The notes beneath the pieces were generated by a model. It saw nothing but the letters and a program-made list of their open reading frames with translations. It made no database searches and was not told the DNA's origin. A stretch of DNA of 63,785 bases, counting the filler, from Octopus bimaculoides (Eukaryota): NCBI RefSeq assembly GCF_001194135.2. It is 9 parts of 9 records of this genome, joined end to end, with 100 filler letters (N's around TTAATTAATTAA, not from the genome) between each part and the next. Parts side by side here need not be neighbours in the genome. Positions count along the whole stretch, not along the records: positions 1 to 10,775 come from NC_068993.1; positions 10,876 to 14,485 come from NW_026410588.1; 7 more parts are not named here. One strand, 5' to 3'. Position 1 is the stretch's first letter, and each line of letters opens with the position of its first letter. A program made the translations under genes and the position numbers. Of this stretch, positions 1 to 11,287 are shown piece by piece.

Positions 1-63
<63 letters not shown>

Positions 64-68
64 GTATG
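1..68. repeat. (TA)n/(TATG)n microsatellite, representative of dozens of TA, CA, GA and TATG tracts in the window
   Basis: Direct reading. Such tracts flank most N gaps and produce the spurious YIYI/THTH/CVCV ORFs. Confidence 0.98.
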
Positions 69-2716
69 CACACACATGATGTATGTGAAAGCTGGGAAGC
101 GGAGGTCCTTTAAGGAGGACAGTAACCGACAGACATACAATCTTGAGACTCAATCAATCAGTGGCATAGAAAGGATTTATGTAGAAGTACGTTGATTTCT
201 CTTTAAACAGACAGATCGAACACCATACATATGTGTATATACATACATCTGTTCAGATCTACGTATATGTATGTGTAGTCTTGAAATAAAAAACGAAAAC
301 GAAGAAGAAAAAGAAAAGAAGCGACCGTTTGTTTGGCATACAAAATTAGTGTTTAGTTTATCCAAGACTCGAATACAATTCTTTATACATTGTTGTAGAT
401 TTAGAAATTAGACTATTTTTTTAACGTTTTACTCAAACGTTCGAATGCTGACGTGTCCTCATAATTTAGTTACTAAAATGACCATGAAACGGAGATTAAC
501 ATGGTTTTCATCATTATTACATTTATGCTTAATATTATTTCTCTTATTTAAGTATCAAAATTTTACATCTTCTGTGGAGGGACGGGTAATTAAATAAATG
601 TCACTACATGGCTGGTGTATTTTCTATTGATCCAAGAGGATAAAAGGCGAGAAACTGTTTTGGCCGAATTCGAAAATTTTAGCTTTTACTGTCTCAAGTG
701 TTTGGTTCAGAGCAAGGTACTAAAATAATGGAATTTCTTGTACATTTGAAGTAAGATTATATATAACACAGGGGTGGATTACAATTGATTATAACGGCCT
801 CAGTAGTTTACCAGTACTTACTTTATCGGCCTTAAAACAACGAAATGTGAAAAGTCGACTTTTGCGGGATTTGAACTCTGGACCTCAAAGTAAAGAGGCA
901 AACTAAATTCACAACCCGTTATATTTTTTCACAACATAACAGAAAACTAATGAATCCTTGTAAATGATCGAACGACACTGAAAAGTATAGTTTAATATTT
1001 GATATACTCTAATATATATATATATATATANNNNNNNNNNNNNNNNNNNNNNNNNNNNNNNNNNNNNNNNNNNNNNNNNNNNNNNNNNNNNNNNNNNNNN
1101 NNNNNNNNNNNNNNNNNNNNNNNNNNNNNNNNNNNNNNNNNNNNNNNNNNNNNNNNNNNNNNNNNNNNNNNNNNNNNNNNNNNNNNNNNNNNNNNNNNNN
1201 NNNNNNNNNNNNNNNNNNNNNNNNNNNNNNNNNNNNNNNNNNNNNNNNNNNNNNNNNNNNNNNNNNNNNNNNNNNNNNNNNNNNNNNNNNNNNNNNNNNN
1301 NNNNNNNNNNNNNNNNNNNNNNNNNNNNNNNNNNNNNNNNNNNNNNNNNNNNNNNNNNNNNNNNNNNNNNNNNNNNNNNNNNNNNNNNNNNNNNNNNTAT
1401 ATATATATACACCATATATTGCATTACGCGAAATTCTTTACTGATATGCATCAATGCAAGCATAATTTCGTATGCATACGCATATTATTAATATTTGTGT
1501 ATACTGGTGTGTATATACATAAATGCATATATGTATGCACGTGTGTATATGTGTTTGATCCCGGGTTTATATTTAATGGAAATATGACCAGGCCACAGAG
1601 AACAAAGAACAAAATCTGTCAATATGTTTTATCAAACGCAATGTGTCCAACAAAATATGTTTCGCCTGGAGGGACGTCAGATTCTCATTGTTTTTAATAA
1701 AACTTACACAGTCACTCACACTCAAGCTCACACACATAAATAGATATATTATTATAAGTTTCTCTCTGGCAATACTTTATAAATCGGAGTTATACAGAAG
1801 GTTTTCCGCAACAGTGATCATACAGACAAAAAAGAAAAAAAAACTATGAAGCGATATTTCTTTTGATGAGATGTTTATGAAAGTTGTTAAAAATATTTCA
1901 ACCATTAATCTTCCTTCAAGAACACAGAAAGGATGAACGAAACTAAATTATAAAATCTATCAGTACGTCGAAAGAATGAGGTATGCGCACGACATAATAT
2001 GGAAGACCAAAAGATCTAAACCATGAAGATAAAGCGCAAAAGCCTGTGGAGTATGTACATCAGAGAAAAGTATTATACTCATCAACCTCTTAATATGGTA
2101 GTTATTTTAAATCAAATCAGAGATTTTCAATAAACGACGTCACTTAGAGAAATATCTGATGAAAAATAAGCTGGAAAGATATAGCAACACTTGACGGAAT
2201 CATTTCATATATAGTCATTCAGTAAGAGTGATAACACGAGTAATTCCCTCTTTGTTTAATACTTTGGTTATAAACATTAGTCTTTGACTTTTTTCTCAAT
2301 ACCTCAAAAAGATCCTTCACTTCCGCATTCTTTGTTACTGCTGTTTCAACCATTAATTCCAGCTAGAATGATCAGGAATTCGACTTCTTTCTCTTTCCCA
2401 TCGACTCGCAGTTCTTGTTTTAGAAACAAGACTTTTTTCAAAGATTATGCACATTACTTTTATATTTATAGTTACGTATTTAGGGTTGTACAATGGGCAA
2501 ATGTGTTTGAAAGTTGTGGTTTCTTTGGTTTGTTTGTTTGTTCCCCAAAAACACTTATTTTAGTGCTGTTGCCACTGCCGGATTGAATGGTACTGTCCAG
2601 GTGTCGAAACCATAATGATATCCGTGGGGCAGCTGATGATGGAGATATGTTGGATTGTTGGTATGGCTGTTTTTGTTTATGTGGATTAGTATTATTGGAT
2701 TGTTGGTATGGCTGTG

Positions 2717-2911
2717 GAATGCTTAAAGGTATTTCGTCTGTCTTTATGCTCTGAGTTCAAATTCCATCGAGGTCGACTTTACCTTTCATCCTTTCGGAGT
2801 CGATAAATTAAGTACCAGTTACGCACTGGGGTTGATGTAATCAACTTAATTTCTTTGTCTGTCCTTGTTTGTCCCCTCTATGTTTAGGCCCCTGTGGGCA
2901 ATAAAGAAATA
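2717..2911 (+). mobile_element. SINE family B, 5'-truncated, long-tail variant
   Basis: Contains ctgagttcaaattcc..gaggtcgacttt.cctttcatcctttcgg.gtcgataaattaagtaccagt, shared with more than 20 copies in the window; ends gggcaataaagaaat. Confidence 0.85.
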
Positions 2912-3576
2912 ATTATAACACATCCTTTTGATATACATGCATATACAAACACGCATACATAATACTCAAATATACACATGTATGTGGGTGTATGTGTGTA
3001 TGTGTATGTATATATGTCTACACAAACATACATACGTACACACACACTTTGCCCTAGCAAGACCACAGTTCAACAAATGAAACCTGTTCTGATAGCGTAG
3101 TGGCTGACGAGACGGAATCTGCCGCAAACATGACAATGTCAGACAACTGCAGATTTTAAATAAGCAACTTTAACGTTTCGCCGTTTCATTATAAGTGGAA
3201 TTCACTGAAATGAACTCCTTTGCTTATTTTAGTTGTTCAAAATACCCTTCTTTCTGATCATTTCGATAGTGAAACGTTTGAAATAGGAAGAATGACAGTT
3301 TTGTTATCCGTTCCTGTTTTGTATTTTCTGCCGGCAAACAGCAACTGTTTATCTGATATCAAAGCGAACATGTTATCATAAATGAGATTTTAGTTGAAGA
3401 ATTGAATGGTGGGTGTGGAAAGATTCCTTTATCTCTGCCTTTTCCTGTTGTATTCTATTCTATCTCGATTTGTTGCATCTCTGGAAGATTGGTCTTTTGC
3501 TTAAAAGATTGGCACTACAGAGACGGAACAAAGCAGAGAGGCTTGGGAGGCGAAGAAAAAGAAGAGGCTGAGAGAA

Positions 3577-3608
<32 letters not shown>

Positions 3609-4577
3609 TGTGTGTGTGTGTGACAGCGAGAGGAGAAATACGGAGGAAGGGTGTGAAAATGTGTTTATACGCACACACATACACACATATACCCACACAT
3701 TCGTATAAGTGCATATGCGCGAAACAGAGAAAGATGCGATGAAAGTGTGTGTGTGTGTGTGTGCGTATGCGCGCGATAGAGTGAGTGAGAGAGAAAGAGT
3801 GTGTGTAATCAGAAAAGAGAGATAGTGTGAGCGAAAAGCGATGAGATGAAGGGAGGATATTTGAAAACGTTGATTGCCAAGTTGCAGACGATTTCTCTCC
3901 ACAGCAGACGATTTATAATTGCAAGATATTTTAGTGTTTAGTATTTTAGTTTAAACGCACGGTTAACAAAATATAAAACCATAAATAAATATTTAATTCT
4001 GGTTTGTTTATCATACGTACATATACCTACATAATAAAAAGAATAAAGATATAGATTCAACTGTTGCAAAAGAAAGTGAGTTCCTAAAAAACAAACAAGC
4101 AGAACGAATTAATCGAAAGTCGTTATACATACATACATATATATATCTTNNNNNNNNNNNNNNNNNNNNNNNNNNNNNNNNNNNNNNNNNNNTATATATA
4201 TGTTCATTCATGCTAGGCCGGGAACTAATTAATGCTATTATCAAAATAAAGGACTCGAAGCATTTATTGAAAGTTATATGCTACATTTTGTCTTTCAATC
4301 TAATCCAGACAGATTCAGACTAATTTCCGTCTAATTGTGACTTCCGCTTCACTAAATCTCAATTGGACTTGCAAAGTAGAGCATGTGTGTGTTTGTATAC
4401 GTATATGTTTATGTATGTATGTATGTATGTATGTCTATGTGTATATATAAATTTATATGTGTGTGTGTGTGAGTGTGTGTATGTGTATGTATGTATATAT
4501 GTATGTATGTATGTATGTATGCATGTATGTATGCATGTGTGTATGTATTATGTATGTAAGTACGTATGTATGTATTT

Positions 4578-4960
4578 TGTTGTTGGTACTCCGTCGCTTA
4601 CGACTTCGAGGGTTCCAGTTGATCCGATCAACGGAACAGCCTGCTCGTGAAATTAACGTGCAAGTGGCTGAGCACTCCACAGACACGTGTACCCTTAACG
4701 TAGTCCTCGGGGATATTCAGCGTGACACAGTGTGACAAGGCTGACCCTTTGAATTACAGGCACAACAGAAACAGGAAGTAAGAGTGAGAGAAAGTTGTGG
4801 TGGAAGAGTTCAGCAGGGTTCGCCACCATCCCCTGCCGGAGCCTCGTGGAGCTTTAGGTGTTTTCGCTCAATAAACACTCACAACGCCCGGTCTGGGAAT
4901 CGAAACCGCGATCCTATGAACGCGAGTCCGCTGCCCTAACCACTGGGCCATTACGCCTCC
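4578..4960 (-). mobile_element. tRNA-derived SINE family A, full length (~380 bp)
   Basis: Minus strand has an A-box-like TGGCCCAGTGG and B-box-like GGTTTCGATTCCC head and a (CAA)n tail; high identity to copies at 14586, 15198 and 18970. Confidence 0.9.
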
Positions 4961-5165
4961 ACTGCGTGAGTATAAATATAAAGGAAAATGCACAGGTAGA
5001 AGGTTAAATACAGCTGCAGACTTCTAGTGTAGACATGAAAGTAGTTGCTGTCAGAGCGTTTATAATATAGCAATGATTACAAGGTTGTTAGCAGTGACGG
5101 ATACGTGGGTTCGATTTGCAGTGATGATGACGACGATGATGATGGTGATGATAATGGTGGTGGTT

Positions 5166-5198
<33 letters not shown>

Positions 5199-5364
5199 CC
5201 TTCGACCAAACCCTTCAAAGTGGTGCCAAGGGTCACAATCCAATGACTGAAACAAGTAAAAGATTTTTTTTTAATAGTATTTTGCTAATCATAATGCGCG
5301 TTCGAATGTTACGCTTCACCCAATTTGTTTTTTCTTTTGTGTGTGTGTATGTATGTGTGTGTGT

Positions 5365-5399
<35 letters not shown>

Positions 5400-5909
5400 A
5401 TTTGTTGTTATCTGACGCAGCATGGTCGAACACTTAAACAGTTTGTTTCACGATCACCACCATGTCCTAGGTTCGAACGTACAATGTAGCATACTGTGCT
5501 TGTAATTCTTTTTCATAGCCCCAGGTTGATCCAAGACTGGGGATTGAAGTTGGATAGAGGGGGAAATGAGCAGAAGTTTGTTGAGTACAGGGTACCTTTT
5601 ATTGAAAACTCTAATTTTATTCACTTTATCATGTGGGTGATTGCTTTAAATATATACGTGGCCGTGGAGTACTCAGCCACTGGCAAGCAGATTCAATCAG
5701 TAAATAATTCAAGTTGTCGAACAATAGTGTATTCATCATCGAAACCGACCGAGAACCACGTACGCTTGTGATGTATTCAAACAAGCAGACAGAAAGGCGT
5801 CAAAAGAAGACGAAGAGGTAACAACTGTTAGCACTAGTGGAGGGAGGAGGCAACAGTCAGAAAGAGGTGGAGGTGGTAACAGCTAGAGGAGAGGCGGAGG
5901 TGGCAGCTG

Positions 5910-5913
5910 TCAA

Positions 5914-5987
<74 letters not shown>
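5910..5987. repeat. (AG)n microsatellite
   Basis: Direct reading. Confidence 0.97.
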
Positions 5988-5988
<1 letters not shown>

Positions 5989-6871
5989 AGGAGAAAACAA
6001 TAACGAGTTTTTACATAATATCTATTATATTGTTTCTAACGAAGTGATCTAAATTTCAGCTTTTCAATAACCTCAATCAGTTGTCTTGCTAAATGCTTCT
6101 AATAGGCCATGTTTAATAAAATTGTGATGACTTCAGACTTTTTAAACTTGTATTACGCCATGGTGAAGAAAGAAAAATTATATGGAGAGAGAAGTATTTG
6201 TCCTCTCATTAGAGAGTAGACTTACAATTCCACTTGAGCAGAATCATGGGCAAGTGTCTTTTGTTGTTTTGGGAGTGAATTTGGCAGACGGAAACTACGT
6301 AGAAGCCTGTCGTGTATAGATATATATATATATATATGATTAACCGCTAGCTCCGAAAGTTTTTTTTTATTCTCTTCCAGTTTCCGTCTACCAAATTATT
6401 CTCTTCCAGTTTCCGTCTACCAAATTAAAGATGAATGAAACGCCAATAACCAGTTTGTCCGGTGCGCTAACGAGTCTGCCAGTTCGACGTCTTTTAAGGA
6501 AGTGCCTGTTATTATTATTTGCGTTGTTTTTCTAATTTGTTTTCAAATTTTGACTCAAAGCCACCAAATTTAGGGGGATTAATAAAGTCGATTACAACGA
6601 TTTCAGTGTCCAACTGGTACCTATTTTATCAACCCTGAAAGGGATCAAAAGTAAAGTCAATCTGGGCAGAATCTGAACTCAGAACATGGTTCTACCAGCT
6701 CACTGCTTTTCGTGTGTCCCCCTAAAAGCAATGCGTCTCAGTGAATCTAATCGTTGTTAACCTGACATTTCCTGAGCATCTGATTCGAGGTTGCAAAAGT
6801 AAAACATGTTGAAGAATACTATTTACATTATTTACATTTGACGGATATTTGTCCTCATCTTGTTTGTTGTT

Positions 6872-6917
6872 AACACAACGTTTCGGCTGGTATACCTTCC
6901 AGCCTTCATCAGGTGTC
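6872..6917 (-). ncRNA. Minimal type I hammerhead ribozyme, structurally intact
   Basis: Minus strand reads GACAC-CTGATGA-A-GGCTGG-aaggtata-CCAGCC-GAA-ACGT-T-GTGTT: 5-bp helix I (one G-U), canonical CUGAUGA and GAAA core, perfect 6-bp helix II, palindromic ACGU helix III, GUU cleavage triplet. Confidence 0.8.
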
Positions 6918-6931
6918 TTGGGGGAAATTTC

Positions 6932-6977
6932 GACACCTGATGAAGCCTGGAGAGTATACCAGCCGAAACGTTGCGTT
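6932..6977 (+). ncRNA. Minimal type I hammerhead, partly decayed
   Basis: gacac-ctgatga-a-gcctgg..ccagcc-gaaacgtt-gcgtt; core intact, one mismatch each in helices I and II. Confidence 0.65.
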
Positions 6978-7401
6978 AACAACAAACAAGGTGAGGACAA
7001 ATATCCGTCAAATGTAAATAATGTCAATAATGTACATAACTCCTCATCTCTTAAATACAGAACTGTATTTTGAATAATCACCTTTTAAAGTTACCTCTAC
7101 AGATATTCTATAGATTTCAGAGCCAACACGGAAAGTTACGACGTTTCGTATACGAATATGTCTTTGTAAACAATGAGATCGAAGACAGACAGCTAGGCAA
7201 TGGGTGTATATAAATATTTCAGAAGTTCTTGCCCTTTCTTCAGTATCACATCCAACCCATTAACCACCACGAACATATTGCTTAAATAGCCACTAAATTA
7301 AAAAGTGTAACACAAGTGGATATACCAATTTTAGATATTAATTCAGAATAATGATAAGATAGGCAGAAGGAAAAGACTGTGGACGAGAAGAGAAAGAGAG
7401 A

Positions 7402-7452
<51 letters not shown>

Positions 7453-7614
7453 NNNNNNNNNNNNNNNNNNNNNNNNNNNNNNNNNNNNNNNNNNNNNNNN
7501 NNNNNNNNNNNNNNNNNNNNNNNNNNNNNNNNNNNNNNNNNNNNNNNNNNNNNNNNNNNNNNNNNNNNNNNNNNNNNNNNNNNNNNNNNNNNNNNNNNNN
7601 NNNNNNNNNNNNNN

Positions 7615-7616
7615 GA

Positions 7617-7650
<34 letters not shown>

Positions 7651-7874
7651 GGTGGTGGTGGTGATGATGGTGGTGATGGTGATGATGTGGAGGTCGAGAT
7701 ATTTTACAGTACATATTATTAGAGGTTGTAGGTCTGAGGTGGGTGGAGTGGGGGTTATTCTGTATAGTTCTGGCGATGGTAAGAGAACAGTCTCAACAGC
7801 GCACATTATTGGTTATATGATGGTGGTGGTGGTGAAGCTGGTGAGTATAATTGTGGTGGTGGTGGTGGTGGTGG

Positions 7875-7931
<57 letters not shown>

Positions 7932-8115
7932 CGATGATGATGATGATTGGTCGGGCATATTTTTATAATACACATTATTGATGATGTGCTGATAGTGCTG
8001 GCGATGATGGTGATGCTGCTGAAGGTACTAAAGGTTGTAATGATGGTGGTAGTGGCGAAAGTTGTGGTGGAGATGATGGTATAGGTGCTGGTGGCGCTGT
8101 TGGTGTTGTTGTTGC

Positions 8116-8167
<52 letters not shown>

Positions 8168-8171
8168 GGTG

Positions 8172-8203
<32 letters not shown>

Positions 8204-8313
8204 GGCGGTGGTAGTGGTCTTGAAGCTGGTGAGTATAGTTGTGGTGGTGGTGGTGATGATGAGGAGGAGGAGGAGGACGAGGGGGATGGAGTCGGTCGAG
8301 ATATTATTTTCAT
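7615..8313. repeat. Compound trinucleotide microsatellite (GAT, GGT, GTT, GTC, GAG)
   Basis: Direct reading; source of the poly-H/M/V/T ORFs. Confidence 0.95.
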
Positions 8314-8599
8314 AGTAACAAAAACGTGAGTGATGCGGTGCAGGTGTCGTCAGTGGTGCCGCAGGTTGGAAGGTTTTGCTCCAAACTACAAACTGGAATC
8401 ATAGCAGAAGAAAATATTGGTGAATCGATGCCAATTTTCGAAGATATTGCGAAAAGTTTTCACGATATTCAATAAGAAGATAGGAAGGAATTGTTTTAAA
8501 TTCTCATATATTTCTGCATTCTCTTCCTCTTCGCCATTTTCATATTTTTCCCCTTTTCTTTCAAATTTCACTCTTTATTCTTCTTCTGGTTAAAAATTA

Positions 8600-8645
<46 letters not shown>

Positions 8646-8689
8646 TGTTATTATTATTATTTGTTATTACTGTNNNNNNNNNNTTGTTG

Positions 8690-8751
<62 letters not shown>

Positions 8752-8807
8752 GTTATTATTACTGTTATTATTTCTATTATTTGTGTTGTTATTGATATCA
8801 TGATTAA

Positions 8808-8841
<34 letters not shown>

Positions 8842-8924
8842 CCGTTCTGAATGACCTCATACGAATGCTTATGTAAACAGAAATGTACTAATATATACAT
8901 ACACCTAAATATGTAAAGATGCAC

Positions 8925-9006
<82 letters not shown>

Positions 9007-9489
9007 TTATTAATGTGTTTGGTCTCGATTTACTCAAACATAAAAAAATACAACAAAAACATATATTATTGCTCAGCACCTCATGTTGTATTTTTCTTTG
9101 CTATTTATGTACATTTATATTCCTATATACTCTTCTTTCGTTCAATTTTTTCAGTTACTCATTCCTTGGATATTAAAGCTGCCTTACCGATGGGGGTATT
9201 TTTATCCATTACTTCTTCCATTTATCTACCCCCTTCACTTCGACATCCGCTGAATTCTGCCGCTAGAAATATTTCTCTCCGTTCTTCACCTTTTAAAGCT
9301 CAGCACATTTCAGTTCGTGAAATTAACATACTTTTCAAACCTGGTCCCGTGAATATTACGGGAAGACTATCCAAATGGAAAATATGTTATTCATTCATTT
9401 TCTTTCCATATTAAAAAAAAAAAAAAGTAAGCCGTTTGTAATATTTTCACTGTTACTCATATTTGTTTAGCAAAAACAACTCGGTTTTT

Positions 9490-9648
9490 TTTTCAGTTTC
9501 CATTTACCAAATCCACTCACAAAGCTTTGGCCGGCCCGAAGCTATAGCAGAAGACACCTACCCAAGGTGCCACACACAGGCAGTAGGACCGAAACCAGAA
9601 CCATGTGTTTGGGAAGCAGACTTCTTACCACACAGCCACGCGTGCACC
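9490..9648 (-). mobile_element. tRNA-derived SINE family C, 5' part
   Basis: Reverse complement of gcgtggctgtgtggtaagaag...gggtaggtgtcttctgctatagc...ggatttggtaaatggaaactgaaa; matches copies at 22.9, 32.6, 42.1, 55.8 and 60.7 kb. Confidence 0.85.
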
Positions 9649-10029
9649 TTTGTGGAATATTCAGAAATAGAACCGATCACTGAAATAATCAAAGCTAGAC
9701 CGACACGAAGATTTATTCTGTACAAAATCTATTCGTGGAGCAAATATTCATACGACACCAGTTGGTTATTGGCAGATGGAAAACCGAAAGATGTGGCGAT
9801 TTCTACTTCATGTAATTAAAACGATCGTAAAATGGCTGTAAACTTTCAAACAGGGCATCACCGATACTCTTATATAGAATGCTTTATTTAATGGTTTACA
9901 CAAACATCGCATTAAAGTTTACATGACATTTGATCTACCGACAAACATGCCCCCCCCCCCACACACACACACATATATATACACACGCTTACTCACTTGC
10001 ATAAACAACCAATATATGACAGATAGGAG

Positions 10030-10225
10030 CCATACACGATCTGCTAGAAATAATAGTCGAATTTCTCTCAAATCACGATTTAACATTCTTTTTAAAAATG
10101 CAGGACATACCGGACAGATAATGTTGTCTTCGATACACTGTTTGAAAATCAGACTGGATGGTCACAAGTGAAATGTTTTGTCGATAGGTCCAGGGTTAAA
10201 CAATTACTACAACAATTATATAAAC
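10030..10225 (+). mobile_element. Dispersed SINE-like repeat family G, degenerate
   Basis: ctgctagaaata...ctcaaatcac...gataatgt...ggatggtcac...gggttaaacaa(n); related pieces near 18.3, 19.9, 25.5 and 42.7-43.0 kb (+) and 21.7, 39.3-39.5 and 40.4-40.5 kb (-). Confidence 0.6.
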
Positions 10226-10544
10226 AAAGGTTGAAACAACAAATAAGATGTAATTAATATAAGAAAGAGAGAATGGGTGATGTTCATGCCTTTTTTGTGA
10301 GTGAAAAGGAATGATTTTTAGATAGGAATTGAAACCGTGACCGAAGATTCGGCATTTGGGTAATTTATTTAGAACTCATTAGGGTTGCTGCACGTAATTT
10401 GAATATGTATTTCGTTATTTTGGTCAAAATTCAACACACACTCACGCATAAATGTATACATACACACACTCATACGTACATGCATACATATATACATGCA
10501 TGCGTACATGCAGAGAGATAGGGAGGTAGAGATAGAGAGATATC

Positions 10545-10579
<35 letters not shown>

Positions 10580-10729
10580 TACCTGTATGAGGGAGAAATT
10601 GGCATCCATACTGACGCACCCACATACATACACACACAAACATACAATCCTGAGAGATGAAGATAGAGGGAGGAAGAGAGTGAGAGGGGGAGGTAGAGAA
10701 ATTAATGATAGGTAGTCAAAACGATCCAA

Positions 10730-10775
<46 letters not shown>

Positions 10776-10819
10776 NNNNNNNNNNNNNNNNNNNNNNNNN
10801 NNNNNNNNNNNNNNNNNNN

Positions 10820-10831
10820 TTAATTAATTAA
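10820..10831. other. Artificial scaffold-join linker TTAATTAATTAA inside a 100-bp gap (assembly artefact)
   Basis: The same 12-mer, flanked by N runs (44 each side where counted), also occurs at 14530, 19368, 34829, 36890, 44352, 59073 and 62358; it gives stop codons in all six frames. Confidence 0.95.
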
Positions 10832-10995
10832 NNNNNNNNNNNNNNNNNNNNNNNNNNNNNNNNNNNNNNNNNNNNAGAGAGAGAGAGAGAGAGTATGAAA
10901 GAGCAGGTATCTAAACGATCCTAGCAATCAACATGGTAGCACTCCAATGTATATTTCACTTAGAAGGTACCCTGGAAGACTACATTAAAACTCAC

Positions 10996-11047
10996 CATCA
11001 ATCAACAGAATGAATAAAACAGCCAGAGCAATGGCAACCATTGTATA
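10996..11047 (-). CDS. Candidate 52-nt internal exon encoding a transmembrane-like segment (YTMVAIALAVLFILLIDG)
   Basis: cctcag|TAT ACA ATG...ATT GAT G|gtgagt; strong donor, weak polypyrimidine tract, hydrophobic open frame; no homologue recognised. Confidence 0.27.
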
Positions 11048-11220
11048 CTGAGGCTAAGCATTCTCTAAATCTCTTATGGAACAACAACCGCTCCACATTT
11101 TATGATGTGCTGTATAATACAATAAAACAATATAACTGACACAGCTCAGTTTATGAGTTTCCATAGTACGGTTATTTATTCATTAATGCTAAATATTTCA
11201 TGATGTTATATTATTATTAC

Positions 11221-11287
11221 ATTATTATGTAGCCACACCATTTCATCAAGCAATATTGAACATGAAATGGTGTGGTTACATAATGAT
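11221..11287 (+). ncRNA. Pre-miRNA-like hairpin (candidate)
   Basis: 11221-11246 pairs with 11262-11287: 26 bp with two G-U pairs and a 15-nt loop; not part of any repeat seen elsewhere in the window. Confidence 0.35.

Larger units (their letters stand above)
6821..7066. mobile_element. Foldback of a Penelope-like pseudo-LTR fragment (family E): two inverted copies around a 14-nt spacer
   Basis: 6821-6917 is the reverse complement of 6932-~7028; the same sequence recurs at 31.0-31.5 kb and 59.4-59.6 kb; each arm contains a hammerhead core. Confidence 0.8.

Noticed and set aside
3104-3130. CTGACGAG-acgg..ccgc-AAAC hammerhead-like string
   Set aside because: GAAA is absent, helix II is only 3 bp and no helix I is found; chance match or an unrecognisable relic.
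6369-6426. 29-bp direct duplication (other short ones at ~14038-14079, 42794-42831 and 45247-45279)
   Set aside because: Ordinary slippage duplications; the first copies a scrap of SINE family C.
8362-8475. Plus-strand open segment VGRFCSKLQTGIIAEENIGESMPIFEDIAKSFHDIQ* after gccgcag
   Set aside because: Short, with no recognisable motif and no supporting neighbouring exon.
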